From Macrostomum hystrix (taxonomy: Eukaryota; Animalia; Platyhelminthes), in assembly GCA_950097015.1 (NCBI GenBank), contig CATNEN010000038.1:24614001-24678000 (forward strand): a stretch of 64,000 bases of DNA. The letters are read 5' to 3'. The position numbers were made by a program, and so were the translations under genes. The notes below the pieces were generated by a model. The model was not told where the DNA came from and made no database searches. It saw only the letters and a program-made list of their open reading frames with translations. This document shows, piece by piece, positions 1 through 11,400 of the stretch (position 1 is its first letter; each line of letters opens with the position of its first letter).

Positions 1-14
1 CGGTGTAAGTGAAA

Positions 15-197
15 GTGTACACTGCCTGACGATAAGAAATTCAGGACAGATGTACACACCTGTGTGAGTGTGTGCGTGCGTACAGTGCGTATCTATACGG
101 TGAGTGTGTACTCAGGAGTCAGCGGAATGGGCAGAATTGCCTCCTCGCTGGCTGCGGGTCTAGTGTCACCAAATGATGTGCTATTGTCCGCAGCCCT
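15..197 (+). mobile_element. 3' portion of tRNA-derived SINE family B
   Basis: Shares cactgcctgacgat...cagatgtacaca...ctcaggagtcagcggaatgggcagaattgcc...gctgcgggtctagtgtc with copies at 43550-43690 and 54230-54310 (-). Ends in a GGCTGCGG...CCGCAGCC hairpin. Confidence 0.65.
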
Positions 198-240
198 CCA
201 GCAATTATTTTTATTTTTATGCTGGTACCTATTTAACATC

Positions 241-361
241 TACTGAAGCAATACAGAGTTAAGTGTCTTGCTAAAGGTCACAAATTGTTTCTGTAGATTT
301 TGGGAATCGAAACCCCGACCTTCAAGTCGTAAGCTCAATGCTCTAACAACTTGGCTAAAAC
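241..361 (-). mobile_element. 5' half of tRNA-derived SINE family A
   Basis: Reverse complement matches the head and CORE-like body of the copies at 18588 and 28392. Confidence 0.75.
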
Positions 362-956
362 TACTAAATCTACAAAAAATAAATTTAGCATGTTCGTGAC
401 ATTTACTTAAAGTAGCATGTATAAAAATGTATTCAATTGTTAATTTTGCAGCTAGCACTGGTCAAATCAGCTACGCTGCTCTCCAGAGCACAAGAGAATC
501 CGATCTCTAAATATTGGCCCGTGGACTTGCAAAAAGCTACACCTTGTGTTTGCTTTATGCATGCTATTTTTGCTATTAGGTGTTTTCTGATAAAATTTTG
601 CAGAAACTATTCGTGTGAAATTTTGACCAAGCATTTATTAATATAATTTTATTTTTAAAGTCCAACGGAATAATTTTCTTCTGCACCATGCGCCAAACAG
701 ATTTTTTAAGCAAATTCAATTTTATTCCCGGTGCATTTTTATAAGTTTGACACATTCTGCTTAATTAAATTATCAATAAATTTTGCTCCAAGTATTTGTA
801 AACACTCTCGATATTTTAGACTTTTTCTCCTTACAAATATATAATTTTTTGAATACGCTCGTAGATGTATTTTGTCACTAAAAGTGTGCATGTTAATTGA
901 CTTAAAAATGATGTCGGATTCAGCGTCACAGTTTTCCTGACCATGAGTTTCTAAAA

Positions 957-1218
957 ACGCGCAGAATTCCGTTTTAATTGATATTGCGTGTCACGCGGCC
1001 TCGAGTTGCTAAAAATAGAACTGTACAGTGAGACGAAAGAATTCTCGTCTCACTTTGATAACGCAGAATTCCCCTGGCACGTTGGTATCGCGTGATACTC
1101 GACCTCGAGTTACTAAAAATAGAACTGTACAGTGAGACGAAAGAAAGAATAACGCAGAATTCCCCTGGCACGTTGGTATCGCGTGATACTCGACCTCGAG
1201 TTACTAAAAATAGAACTG
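957..1218. repeat. ~91-bp tandem repeat, about 3 copies
   Basis: gcagaattcc...cgtgatactcgacctcgagttactaaaaatagaactg recurs at about 960, 1062 and 1153. Confidence 0.8.
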
Positions 1219-1794
1219 AATTAAATACACAAATAATATTATTGTAATATTTCTTGATTTCGCGTGATTTACATCTCAGATCTTTGCATTGTTGACTAGA
1301 ATCTCTTTACAGACAATTGTTCCGTATTAAATGAAACTTATTACATTCACACAGTTTGTTTGTATTTGCAAGTGCTTCACAAAAGCGTTTGTCTGTTTAA
1401 ACTTCACCTTGCTAAATAATTGCGCAAGCATTCCATCAATGTTTCAAATCATATTTTCCATTTTCCATCAAATCAAGTCATCTCTGTCACGCCTGTAACT
1501 TTACATCTTTGTACTTTTGTTTCTTTTTGCGTTTTTAACCCTAAAACCTGCATTGTTTATATTTGAATAAAACTTAAAATTCTTTGCCCCGAAATTCATC
1601 ATAAAAAATAGTTAATTTGTTACGAATTTGTTTTTAATTATCGTAAAAAAATTTTTCGACAGTGGCTGTTAAGCTCTTAACTTGTTTATTTATTTCAAGA
1701 CTGGTAACCCGCCTCCATGGCCTTATATTCTTGTCTGTCTAACGTTAGTAACGCTTGTCTGGACATTATTACTACTTAGATTAGACAATTCAGT

Positions 1795-2070
1795 AGTAGT
1801 AATAATAATAATTGATTGCACCTGCCCCATTTGGGTCAGCTGTGCAGCCGACAGCACAGCCGCAGCTATTGCGTGGCACATTGTAGGCTGCATACAATTG
1901 TAGACTGTCAGGCATTCCAATTGACACGGCTGCCAACCACCCTCAATTACCCCAGCTGATGCAGGCACCAATTAAACAGCTGTATGAACTGAAGCAATGT
2001 CTAAAGGACACAAGGACACGAATTTTTCCAGTGCAGTCGGGAATAGAACTCCCGACCTTTGAGTCGTAAA
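1795..2070 (-). mobile_element. SINE family A copy with (TTA)n tail, 5' end degenerate
   Basis: Reverse-complement similarity to 18588-18890 (tgcagccgacagcacagccgcagcta, gaactgaagcaatg, cccgacctt). Confidence 0.75.
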
Positions 2071-2414
2071 GGCCCCGTAAAGACAATTTTATCTGCGAAG
2101 ACAATTTAGTAACTACAATAAAAAAAATTAATAGACTACGAATTAAAACGAAAAAATGGCTTTTTACGAGCTAATTGCAATTATTTAATGAAGATGTATG
2201 CACAAAAACGGTTAGCAATCATCATTTTGTGATTCTATAGTTTAGCCTAACCCAAGCTAGAAAATAGCTTGATTATTTGCAACGAATAAATTATGCATAG
2301 ATTCCAGGCGTTTATACAACAGGTGTCCCATGAAATTTAATTGAATTGCTTGGGAGATACGACGTATAGCCAACTCACAGTGAGACTAAATACTGCGATC
2401 AAAGTTGAAGCATC

Positions 2415-5400
2415 ATGGCTGCTGTTATAGAATCGACGGACTTATCTGAGGTTCAGCTTCGTAGAGTAAACTTCCCACAGCTGCTGGCATTGTGGCATGA
2501 AGAACCGACTAAGGAGCTGCGGCTTCGTTTGGCCGTTGAAGGCATTGAAGAGCTGCTGCCGTGCCAGCTGATGCACGCTGCTGTTGCTGCCGACAATCGA
2601 GACACAGTCAGGGGCCTGCTGGATACGGATGCTCAACTGGCTCTCATGGCTAACTCAGTGAGAACAGTGAATTGGGATGGTGGAGGAGATATGGGGAAGG
2701 CTGATTAGGTTCGGTAAGGTTGATGAGGTTCGGAAAAAGCGTGATAAGGCGTACGAAGAAGAATAATAAGGTGTGTGGGTCAATAGGTATGGGGAGGTTG
2801 ATAAAGTGTGGAGAAAGTGGCCGATGAAACAGTGAGACTGAGAATGTGGTTGAAGCCAACTAAAGAAATTAAGTATGCAAATGAAGTAACCATCATCCAA
2901 TGGAAAATTAGCCATCACCATTCCGCCACCTCAGCGCCAGGAGCTGCCACTTCACGTCGCCTGCCGACTCGGCCGATCTGTTGCGGCGGCGCTGCTGCTG
3001 CCGGCGATGTCGGTGGAGGCGGCCAACTCGCTAGACGGTCGGGGCAGGTCGCCGCTTCACTTGGCCGCGGAGTTCGGGCAGGTCGACTGCCTGGCAGAAC
3101 TGCTGGTCTGCGGCCTGTGCAATCTGGCGATGCTCGACTCGGTGAGATGGGCTAAGATCAGGCTAAGATATGATATATGAGATATAAGATATGAGTTGAG
3201 AGGTTGAGCACATCTCACACACCTCCGATCTCCGCAGTCGGGTAGGTCAGCCGTCGACTGCGCCAGGGAGGCGGGCGCCGCGTCTCGCGGCTGCCTGCGG
3301 CTGCTTGAATCGGTGGCGTCTACGCCGGCTTCGCTTGGGCCGCTGCGGCTCGGTCGGCTGGAGCCGGCGAGGAGCCACGGCTGCCGGGACGGAGAGCTGC
3401 GGGCCTGGGGCGGCGTCGGTGACTGCGTGCGGCTGGCCAACAACTGCTTCGGAGAGGTCGAGTTCCCCGGGCTGGGCAACACGGCGCAGGTGAGAGGCAG
3501 TTATTTTACCATGGCAACTGTAGCCAGTGCATAAGCTTTTAAACATGAGACAAACTTATGAATGCCCTGTGAGATCAGCTGCGACCCATTGCAACCCTCA
3601 TGAATATTCCCGGAAATTCCACGGTAATCCCGCGGATATCCCACGGATATCCCATGGAAATCCCATGGAATCCAATGGGTACCCCATGGCAACCCCACAG
3701 TTCTGCCGGTTGACGGGCAGCTGTTCAGACGCGGACCTGGCGCAGCTGCTGCTGGTCTGCTGGTCGCTTCGCCGGCCGTCTCTGGTGCTGAGCGTCCACG
3801 GCAGCCATTGCGACAAGGCCTCATTCAGGGCCGCCTGGCAGAAGGGGCTCTGGAAGACCGCGGCTGGGTCCGGTGAGCTGCTAGATTCAATGCGATCAAT
3901 GCAGTGTTTTTTCTCATTATGAATAAAATATTAAACTGCTCACAGGCGCCTGGATCGTCACCGACTGCTTCTCCGATCTGGCGAGGACCACCGGGCAGGC
4001 AGTCAGGGACTTCTGCGACGCCTACGGGCCGGACAGCGTGCGGGCCATCGGCCTCTGCAGCTGGGGACGGACAGCTGGATCTCAGATCCTCTGCTCCGAC
4101 GCATTCGATGTGATTCTTGATTCTGATTGGCTGGGGACTAGATGAATGCTGATTGGCTGGAAAATCTGATTGACGAGAAGCCATTTGAGTTTAGATGTGT
4201 TCGATTTTTTAGATCGATTTTTTAAAACCATGTATTATTTGTTTCAACAGGGCTGCAGTCCTGCGAAGTACCAGGCCTCTGAAAAATCTTCTTCATCACA
4301 GTCCACTGACTCCGGTGACATCCGCGGCGATCAGCTGGACCCCAACCATTCTCACCTGCTCCTAGTGGACTGCGGGCATCGGGAACTCAATAGTTGCTGC
4401 GACGTCTTGACTCAGTTCCGGTGCAGGTTTGAAGCGCTTCTGAAAGACTGGTCCAAATTGTCGATTGCCGCCAACGCAGCGGATTCAAACCCACAAACCA
4501 TGACCTATGACTGCAGTAAGATTTAGATTTGATACTCATATTTGCAAACTATATTGCGATACATTATAATCGATAGTTTGTATCTACTTCGCAGATCAAT
4601 CACCAATGGAAGAGGATGACGCTTTGATGGCCCAGCAGGTACCGTTGTGCAACCTACTGGTTGGCGGCAGCAGCAGCCATTGTCTCTCCAGTCTGCACTC
4701 TAGCGTGTTCACCAACCAGAGCCCCCTGCTGGTCGTGGCTGGCACAGGCGGCCTGGCAGAGGTCCTAGCCGAGCTCCTTGCTGAGTTGGACTCGAACTCG
4801 GACATCGAGGAAGCGGCTAGCCGCGAGGAGTCTCGCGCTGAGATTCTGTCCGCCTCATCGTTGCGCTGGCGTCTGCAAGAGGCTTGGCACCTGCCTCTAG
4901 ATGCCGCACTGGAAGCCGAAGTTGTCCAACTGCGTCAGCTCATCACTAATTGTCGCCGTCAGATTGATGTGTTCACCTTGGACGTTGATCCCGTCACCCG
5001 ATTAGACGGAAGAATTCTGGGCTGCTTGCTTAACTCAGCTAGCAGCGATACCAGAGACGAGACTAGTAGACTCAACGGAGAGCAGCTGCGAATGGCTATG
5101 GCATTGGATCGAAGCGATGTCGCCAGGGAGAAAGTTTTTGGAGACACTGACGTTGGTGGCGAGAAACGACGGTGAGAAAGACAGTTATATTTTTCTAGTC
5201 CTGAAACTCCATACTGTCTCTGTTTATTTCCTCCTGTTTCCTTCTGATAGATTTCTCTAATTACTTCTCTCTTATCTTTGAGGTGTCAGCTTAACACACC
5301 CCTCCCTCCTCTCTTATCTTTGAGGTGTCAGCTTAACACCCCTCCCTCCTCTCTTATCTTTGAGGTGTCAGCTTAACACACCCCTCCCTCCTCTCTTATC

Positions 5401-8400
5401 TTTGAGGTGTCAGCCTTACACACCCTCCCTCCTCTCTTATCTTTGAGGTGTCAGCTTAAAACACCCCTCCCTCGTCTCTTATCTTTGAGGTGTCAGCCTA
5501 ACACACCCCCTCCCTCCTCTCTTATCTTTGAGGTGTCAGCCTAACACACCCCTCCCTCCTCTCTTATCTTTGAGGTGTCAGCTTAAAACACCCCTCCCTC
5601 CTCTCTTATCTTTGAGGTGTCAGCCTTACACACCCTCCCTCCTCTCTTATCTTTGAGGTGTCAGCTTAAAACACCCCTCCCTCGTCTCTTATCTTTGAGG
5701 TGTCAGCCTAACACACCCCCTCCCTCCTCTCTTATCTTTGAGGTGTCAGCCTAACACACCCCCTCCCTCCTCTCTTATCTTTGAGGTGTCAGCCTAACAC
5801 ACCCCCTCCCTCCTTTCTTATCTTTAAACTACCATTTCAGCTGGCGTGACGGCGATCTCGACACTTTCATGCTGACAGCTTTGCGTGAAAACAGGGTCGC
5901 CTTTGTGCGATTGTTTGTTGAGCAAGGCTTTGGATTTGATAAATTTGTCACAGTCGCATTGTTGGAAGCATTGTACACAGAAGATTATGGCAGTGAGGTG
6001 AGACTTATACGAAAATTATTTTACGCTTGCATACTCTCCAGAGAACAATTAAAGATTATTTTTATTTTGCAGAACGAGTCGTCTCATTTATTTCGTTTGA
6101 GCTTTGAATCCGCGAATAGACGCCAGGTACGATATTTGGTATAATAGCTGAAGCTTTGTTCTGCATGAAGCTCGCCGCGGCGCGCAGAATCGAACTCAGG
6201 CACCTTAGTGCGAGAAGCCAACGCGTTAGACTGCTCTACCACTCATCTCCATCCGCAGAATGTAACCTCAGTGTCGCTGGCTGACATTGGACTCCTGCTG
6301 CAGTACTTGGCTGGCAAAAGCTACCAGTCACCGTATGCGGCTGGACTAAATGAGACATTTCACGAGTCTAAGATTCGGAATAGGTCTGCTTTTCTGACTG
6401 ATTCTCTAGGAATGATTCTCAGAGAAAAGTAACTGCAGTTCAGAAGTGATTTTGAGATCGGTGATATTGAGAATGGTTGAGGAGATCTGGGGAATGTTGC
6501 ATAAGAGAAGTATGGGTAAAGTTGAGGAGGTGTGGGGAGGTTTGATGAGGTGTAGAGAAGGCTGAGGAGGTGTGGGGAAGGCTGAAGAGGTGTGGGAAGG
6601 CTGGGGAAGTGTAGAGAAGGCTGAGGAGGTGTAGAGAAGGCTTAAGAGGTGTGGGGAAGGCTGAAGAGGTGTGGAAAGGCTGGGGAAGTGTGGGGAAGGC
6701 TGAGGAGGTGTAGAGAAGGCTGAAGAGGTGTGGGAAAGCTGAGGAGGTGTAGAGAAGGCTTAAGAGGTGTGGGGAAGGCTGAAGAGGTGTGGGAAGGCTG
6801 AGGAGGTGTGGGGAAGGCTGAGGAGGTGTAGAGAAGGCTGAAGAGGTGTGGGGAAGGCTGAAGAGGTGTGGGAAGGCTGAGGAGGTGTAGAGAAGGCTGA
6901 AGAGGTGTGGGGAAGGCTGAAGAGGTGTGGGAAGGCTGGGGAAGTGTGGGGAAGGCTGAGGAGGTGTGGGGAAGGCTGAGGAGGTGTGGGGAAGGCTGAG
7001 GAGGTGTGGGGAAGGCTGAGGAGGTGTGGGGAAGGCTGAAGAGGTGTGGGAAGGCTGGGGAAGTGTGGGGAAGGCTGAGGAGGTGTAGAGAAGGCTGAAG
7101 AGGTGTGGGAAGGCTGAGGAGGTGTGGGGAAGGCTGAGGAGGTGTAGAGAAGGCTGAAGAGGTGTTGGGAAGGCTGAAGAGGTGTGGGAAGGCTGAAGAG
7201 GTGTGGGAAGGCTGAGGAGGTGTGGGGAAGGCTGAGGAGGTGTGGGAAGGCTGAGGAGGTGTGGGGAAGGCTGAGGAGGTGTAGAGAAGGCTGAAAAGGT
7301 GTGGGGAAGGCTGAAGAGGTGTGGGGAAGGCTGAGGAGATGTGGGGAAGGCTGAGGAGGTGTGGGGAAGGCTGAGGAGGTGTGGGGAAGGCTGAAGAGGT
7401 GTGGGGAAAGTTGATGAAGTGGTGAGAACGTTCTAAACACAAATAAATGGGGAATTCTCAGATAACAGATTCTGCATCACTTTCTAGCATTGTTGTATCG
7501 CAACAGTCCGAGAGACTTGAAGAATTTTCAATTAAGCCAACGGTGCAGCCAGTTCGCGATCTGTTCATCTGGTGCCTACTCACCGGTAGAATGGAATCAG
7601 CCGAGTTTCTGTGGACCATCGAGAAGGAGTGCTTGCCGGCTGCTCTGCTGGCCGCTCTGCTTTTGAGAAGACTTTGTCAGTTCTGCGATGGCGACAATGC
7701 CGCCGAACGAGAACAGCTGGAGGCGATAGCGGAGTGAGAGGCTGCGGACTTGGTTGACTTTGATTAGATTGGTACGAGCGTAGATTAGGAATGTAGATTT
7801 CATCTGCAGAGCAGATTAGTAGAGTATTGTAGTAGTTGTGTTTGAGCACAGTTGATCAGTGAAGTAGATTGTTTGAGCACAGTTAATCAGTTAAGTAGAT
7901 TGTTTGAGCACAGTTGATCAGTTAAGTAGATTGTTTGAGCACAGTTGATCAGTTAAGTAGATTCTTTGAGCACAGTTTTTCAGTGAAGTAGATTCTTTGA
8001 GCACAGTTTTTCAGTGACGTAGATTGTTTGAGCACAGTTTTTCAGTGACGTAGATTGTTTGAGCACAGTTGATCAGTTAAGTAGATTGTTTGAGCACAGT
8101 TTTTCAGTGAAGTAAATTCTTTGAGCACAGTTGATCAGTGAAGTAGATTCTTTGAGCACAGTTGATCAGTTAAGCAGATTATTTGAGCACAGTTGATCAG
8201 TTAAGTAGATTGTTTGAGCACAGTTGATCAGTGAAGCAGATTCTTTGAGCACAGTTTTTCAGTGACGTAGATTGTTTGAGCACAGTTGATCAGTTAAGTA
8301 GATTGTTTGAGCACAGTTTTTCAGTGAAGTAGATTCTTTGAGCACAGTTGATCAGTGAAGTAGATTCTTTGAGCACAGTTGATCAGTTAAGCAGATTGTT

Positions 8401-11400
8401 TGAGCACAGTTGATCAGTTAAGTAGATTGTTTGAGCACAGTTTTTCAGTGAAGCAGATTATTTGAGCACAGTTGATCAGTGAAGCAGATTATTTGAGCAC
8501 AGTTGATCAGTTAAGTAGATTCTTTGAGCACAGTTGATCAGTGAAGCAGATTTTTTGAGCACAGTTGATCAGTGGAGTAGAATCAGGTACCTGTGTCTGT
8601 TTTCTCCAGTTGCTACGAGGCGAGGGCCTGCGGTGTGCTGGAGTCTTGCTCAAGCCATGACGAGCTTCTTGCTAGGGAAAATCTTGTGCGCGAATTGCCA
8701 AACTTTGGCTTCCGGACGAGTTTGTCTCTGGCCGCTGATTCTGAATGCATCAAATTTGTATCTCACAGCTGCTGTCAGGAGCTTCTAACTATTATATGGC
8801 GCGGAGAACTCTCAGTTCGAAGCAATGGACCAATTCGGGTGAGTGATTGGTGAAACATACGACTATTCGATGAAACAACTTCCCGAATGACAAAACATCG
8901 GCATCGTCGAGGTATTCAACGATTTTCGTCGGGGTATCTGGTGGCAAAAACCACAAATATAGGCATAATTAAGGCAAAAGTACTCGTACTCAGGGGTATT
9001 TGAAATATCCCTGTGGTCTTACCCCAGGGCGGAAATAGCGTGGTCTATCTATTGTTAACAAATACATCGTGAGTGCATAAATGTGGTCATGTCACTCAAT
9101 TTTTTTCCCAGTTTCTCCTAGCGTTGACTGCCGGGGTGTTGCTGCCACCGCTACTGCCGTTCATCATTTATTATCAACTCGATGAGCAGCTGATGGACGA
9201 GTCTTTGAATTGTCGAGAAATTAAACGCGTTGAAACTGAAGGACACAAAGCCGCGGTGTGAGTGTCCATTTGAAAGGAATACTAGATGTTTCTCTTGTTA
9301 AATAAAATAACTAGGTGTCACGTCAGAGAAGCGGGTGTCCACTCAATGGGTGTCCACTCAATGGGTGTCCACTTGAAGATTCAGTGGGTGTCCACTTTTA
9401 AGATTCACTGGGTGTCCACTTTTAAGATTCACTGGGTGTCCACTTCAAAAGATTCAGTGGGTGTCCACTTCAAGATTCAGTGGGTGTACACTTTTAAGAT
9501 TCAGTGGGTGTCCACTTTTAAGATTCACTGGGCGTCCACTTTTAAGATTCACTGGGTGTTCACTTTTAAGATTCACTGGGTGTTCACTTTGAAGATTCAC
9601 TGGGTGTCCACTTTGAAGATTCACTGGGTGTCCACTTTTAAGATTCACTGGGTGTTCACTTTGAAGATTCACTGGGTGTCCACTTCATGGGTGTCCACTT
9701 CGGAGATTCAGTGGGTGTCCACTTCATAGATTCACTGGGTGTCCACTTTTAAGATTCACTGGGTGTCCACTTCATAGATTCACTGGGTGTCCACTTCATA
9801 GATTCAGTGGGTGTCCACTTCATAGATTCAGTGGGTGTCCACTTTAAAGATTCAGTGGGTGTCCACTTCATAGATTCAGTGGGTGTCCACTTCATAGATT
9901 CAGTGGGTGTCCACTTCATAGATTCAGTGGGTGTCCACTTCATAGATTCAGTGGGTGTCCACTTCATAGATTCAGTGGGTGTCCACTTTAAAGATTCAGT
10001 GGGTGTCCACTTCATAGATTCAGTGGGTGTCCACTTCATAGATTCAGTGGGTGTCCACTTCATAGATTCAGTGGGTGTCCACTTCATAGATTCAGTGGGT
10101 GTCCACTTCATAGATTCAGTGGGTGTCCACTTTAAAGATTCAGTGGGTGTCGACTTCATAGATTCAGTGGGTGTCCACTTCATAGATTCAGTGGGTGTCC
10201 ACTTTAAAGATTCAGTGGGTGTCCACTTCATAGATTCAGTGGGTGTCCACTTCATAGATTCAGTGGGTGTCCACTTCATAGATTCAGTGGGTGTCCACTT
10301 TAAAGATTCAGTGGGTGTCCACTTCATAGATTCAGTGGGTGTCCACTTCATAGATTCAGTGGGTGTCCACTTTAAAGATTCAGTGGGTGTCCACTTCATA
10401 GATTCAGTGGGTGTCCACTTCATAGATTCACTTACGAATTCTGATTAAAGCGTATATTGTTTGTCTAAATCGAAAACTGAAACTGGACGTCCACTTTAAT
10501 ATAATTTTTCAGACCCGAAAGATCGCCCGGACGAGTGAAATCAGTCGCTGACTATTTTCACAGAATATTAGCCTTTTACTTTAGTCCACTGGTTCGCTTC
10601 GTATATTCTACGGTGAGAACAAATTTAATTTCTATTTTAATTTTAATTTTAATTTTAATTTTTAATTTTAATTTTAATTTTAATTTACCCAGCTGTAAAA
10701 TGTTCAGGTGCTAGTATTACCTGTAGAAATCTGGGTGGGTGGCGCCCGGCCTCCGCTTCCAGTCCACGGACAATATTTTCGAAACAAGATTATGTTCTTA
10801 CTGCGAAAATTAATACTACCCATGCACTTAGCATGTAATAAAAAACTAATAATAATAATAGTAATTGATTACACCTTCCCCGATTGGAGTCAGATGTGCA
10901 GCACAGCCGCAGCTGTTGCGCGGCGCATCTGAAGGCTGCGTACGGCTGTTCAGTCCATGGACTGGGGGACGCCACACCCACCTTTAATTACCACATCTCA
11001 TGCTGATCCTGATTTAACAGCTGAGTGAACTGAAGCAATGCAGATTTGAGAGTAATATTTAAAAGGACACGATAGCTCCAGTACAGTCGAGAGTCGAACC
11101 CCTGACCGATAAGTCTTCAGGCTACAATCACTTAATGTTTGAGTGACACGTCAATGGAACTGAACTTATAAGAAAAACGTTACATTGTCCATCCCATATT
11201 ATGTTCCCAAATTTATTCTAGATAGATCACAGATTTCGTAGAAATTGAACTTTTTCCGGTGTTATTCCCTGTTTTTCCTGTGAAACTGCAGCCTTGGATT
11301 TATATTTTGATATAAGCTAAAAACCTTGTTTGTTTTATATAATAAGTACAGTGCATATTGCAATTAAAACATTTATTTTAAGTAAATGAATTATTATAGA

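Noticed and set aside
139-152. GCCTCCTCGCTGGC, matching the P3-L3 segment of the HDV genomic ribozyme
   Set aside because: No P1 partner, no P1.1 GG after a 7-bp P1 and no P2 3' strand. Other copies of the SINE do not keep the motif, and a simple hairpin (150-196) explains the region.
1945-1995. Possible hammerhead ribozyme in SINE A (ctgatg core)
   Set aside because: No CUGAUGA...GAAA core with flanking stems; it is simply the antisense of the SINE body.
6642-7442. Long ORFs within minisatellites (also 9286-10448, 12880-13477, 26161-27202, 36060-36467, 39378-39627)
   Set aside because: They are translations of stop-free tandem repeats, mostly inside introns of real genes.
7838-8578. CRISPR-like appearance of the 24-43-bp arrays
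   Set aside because: Units are head-to-tail with no unique spacers, there are no cas genes, and the context is eukaryotic introns.
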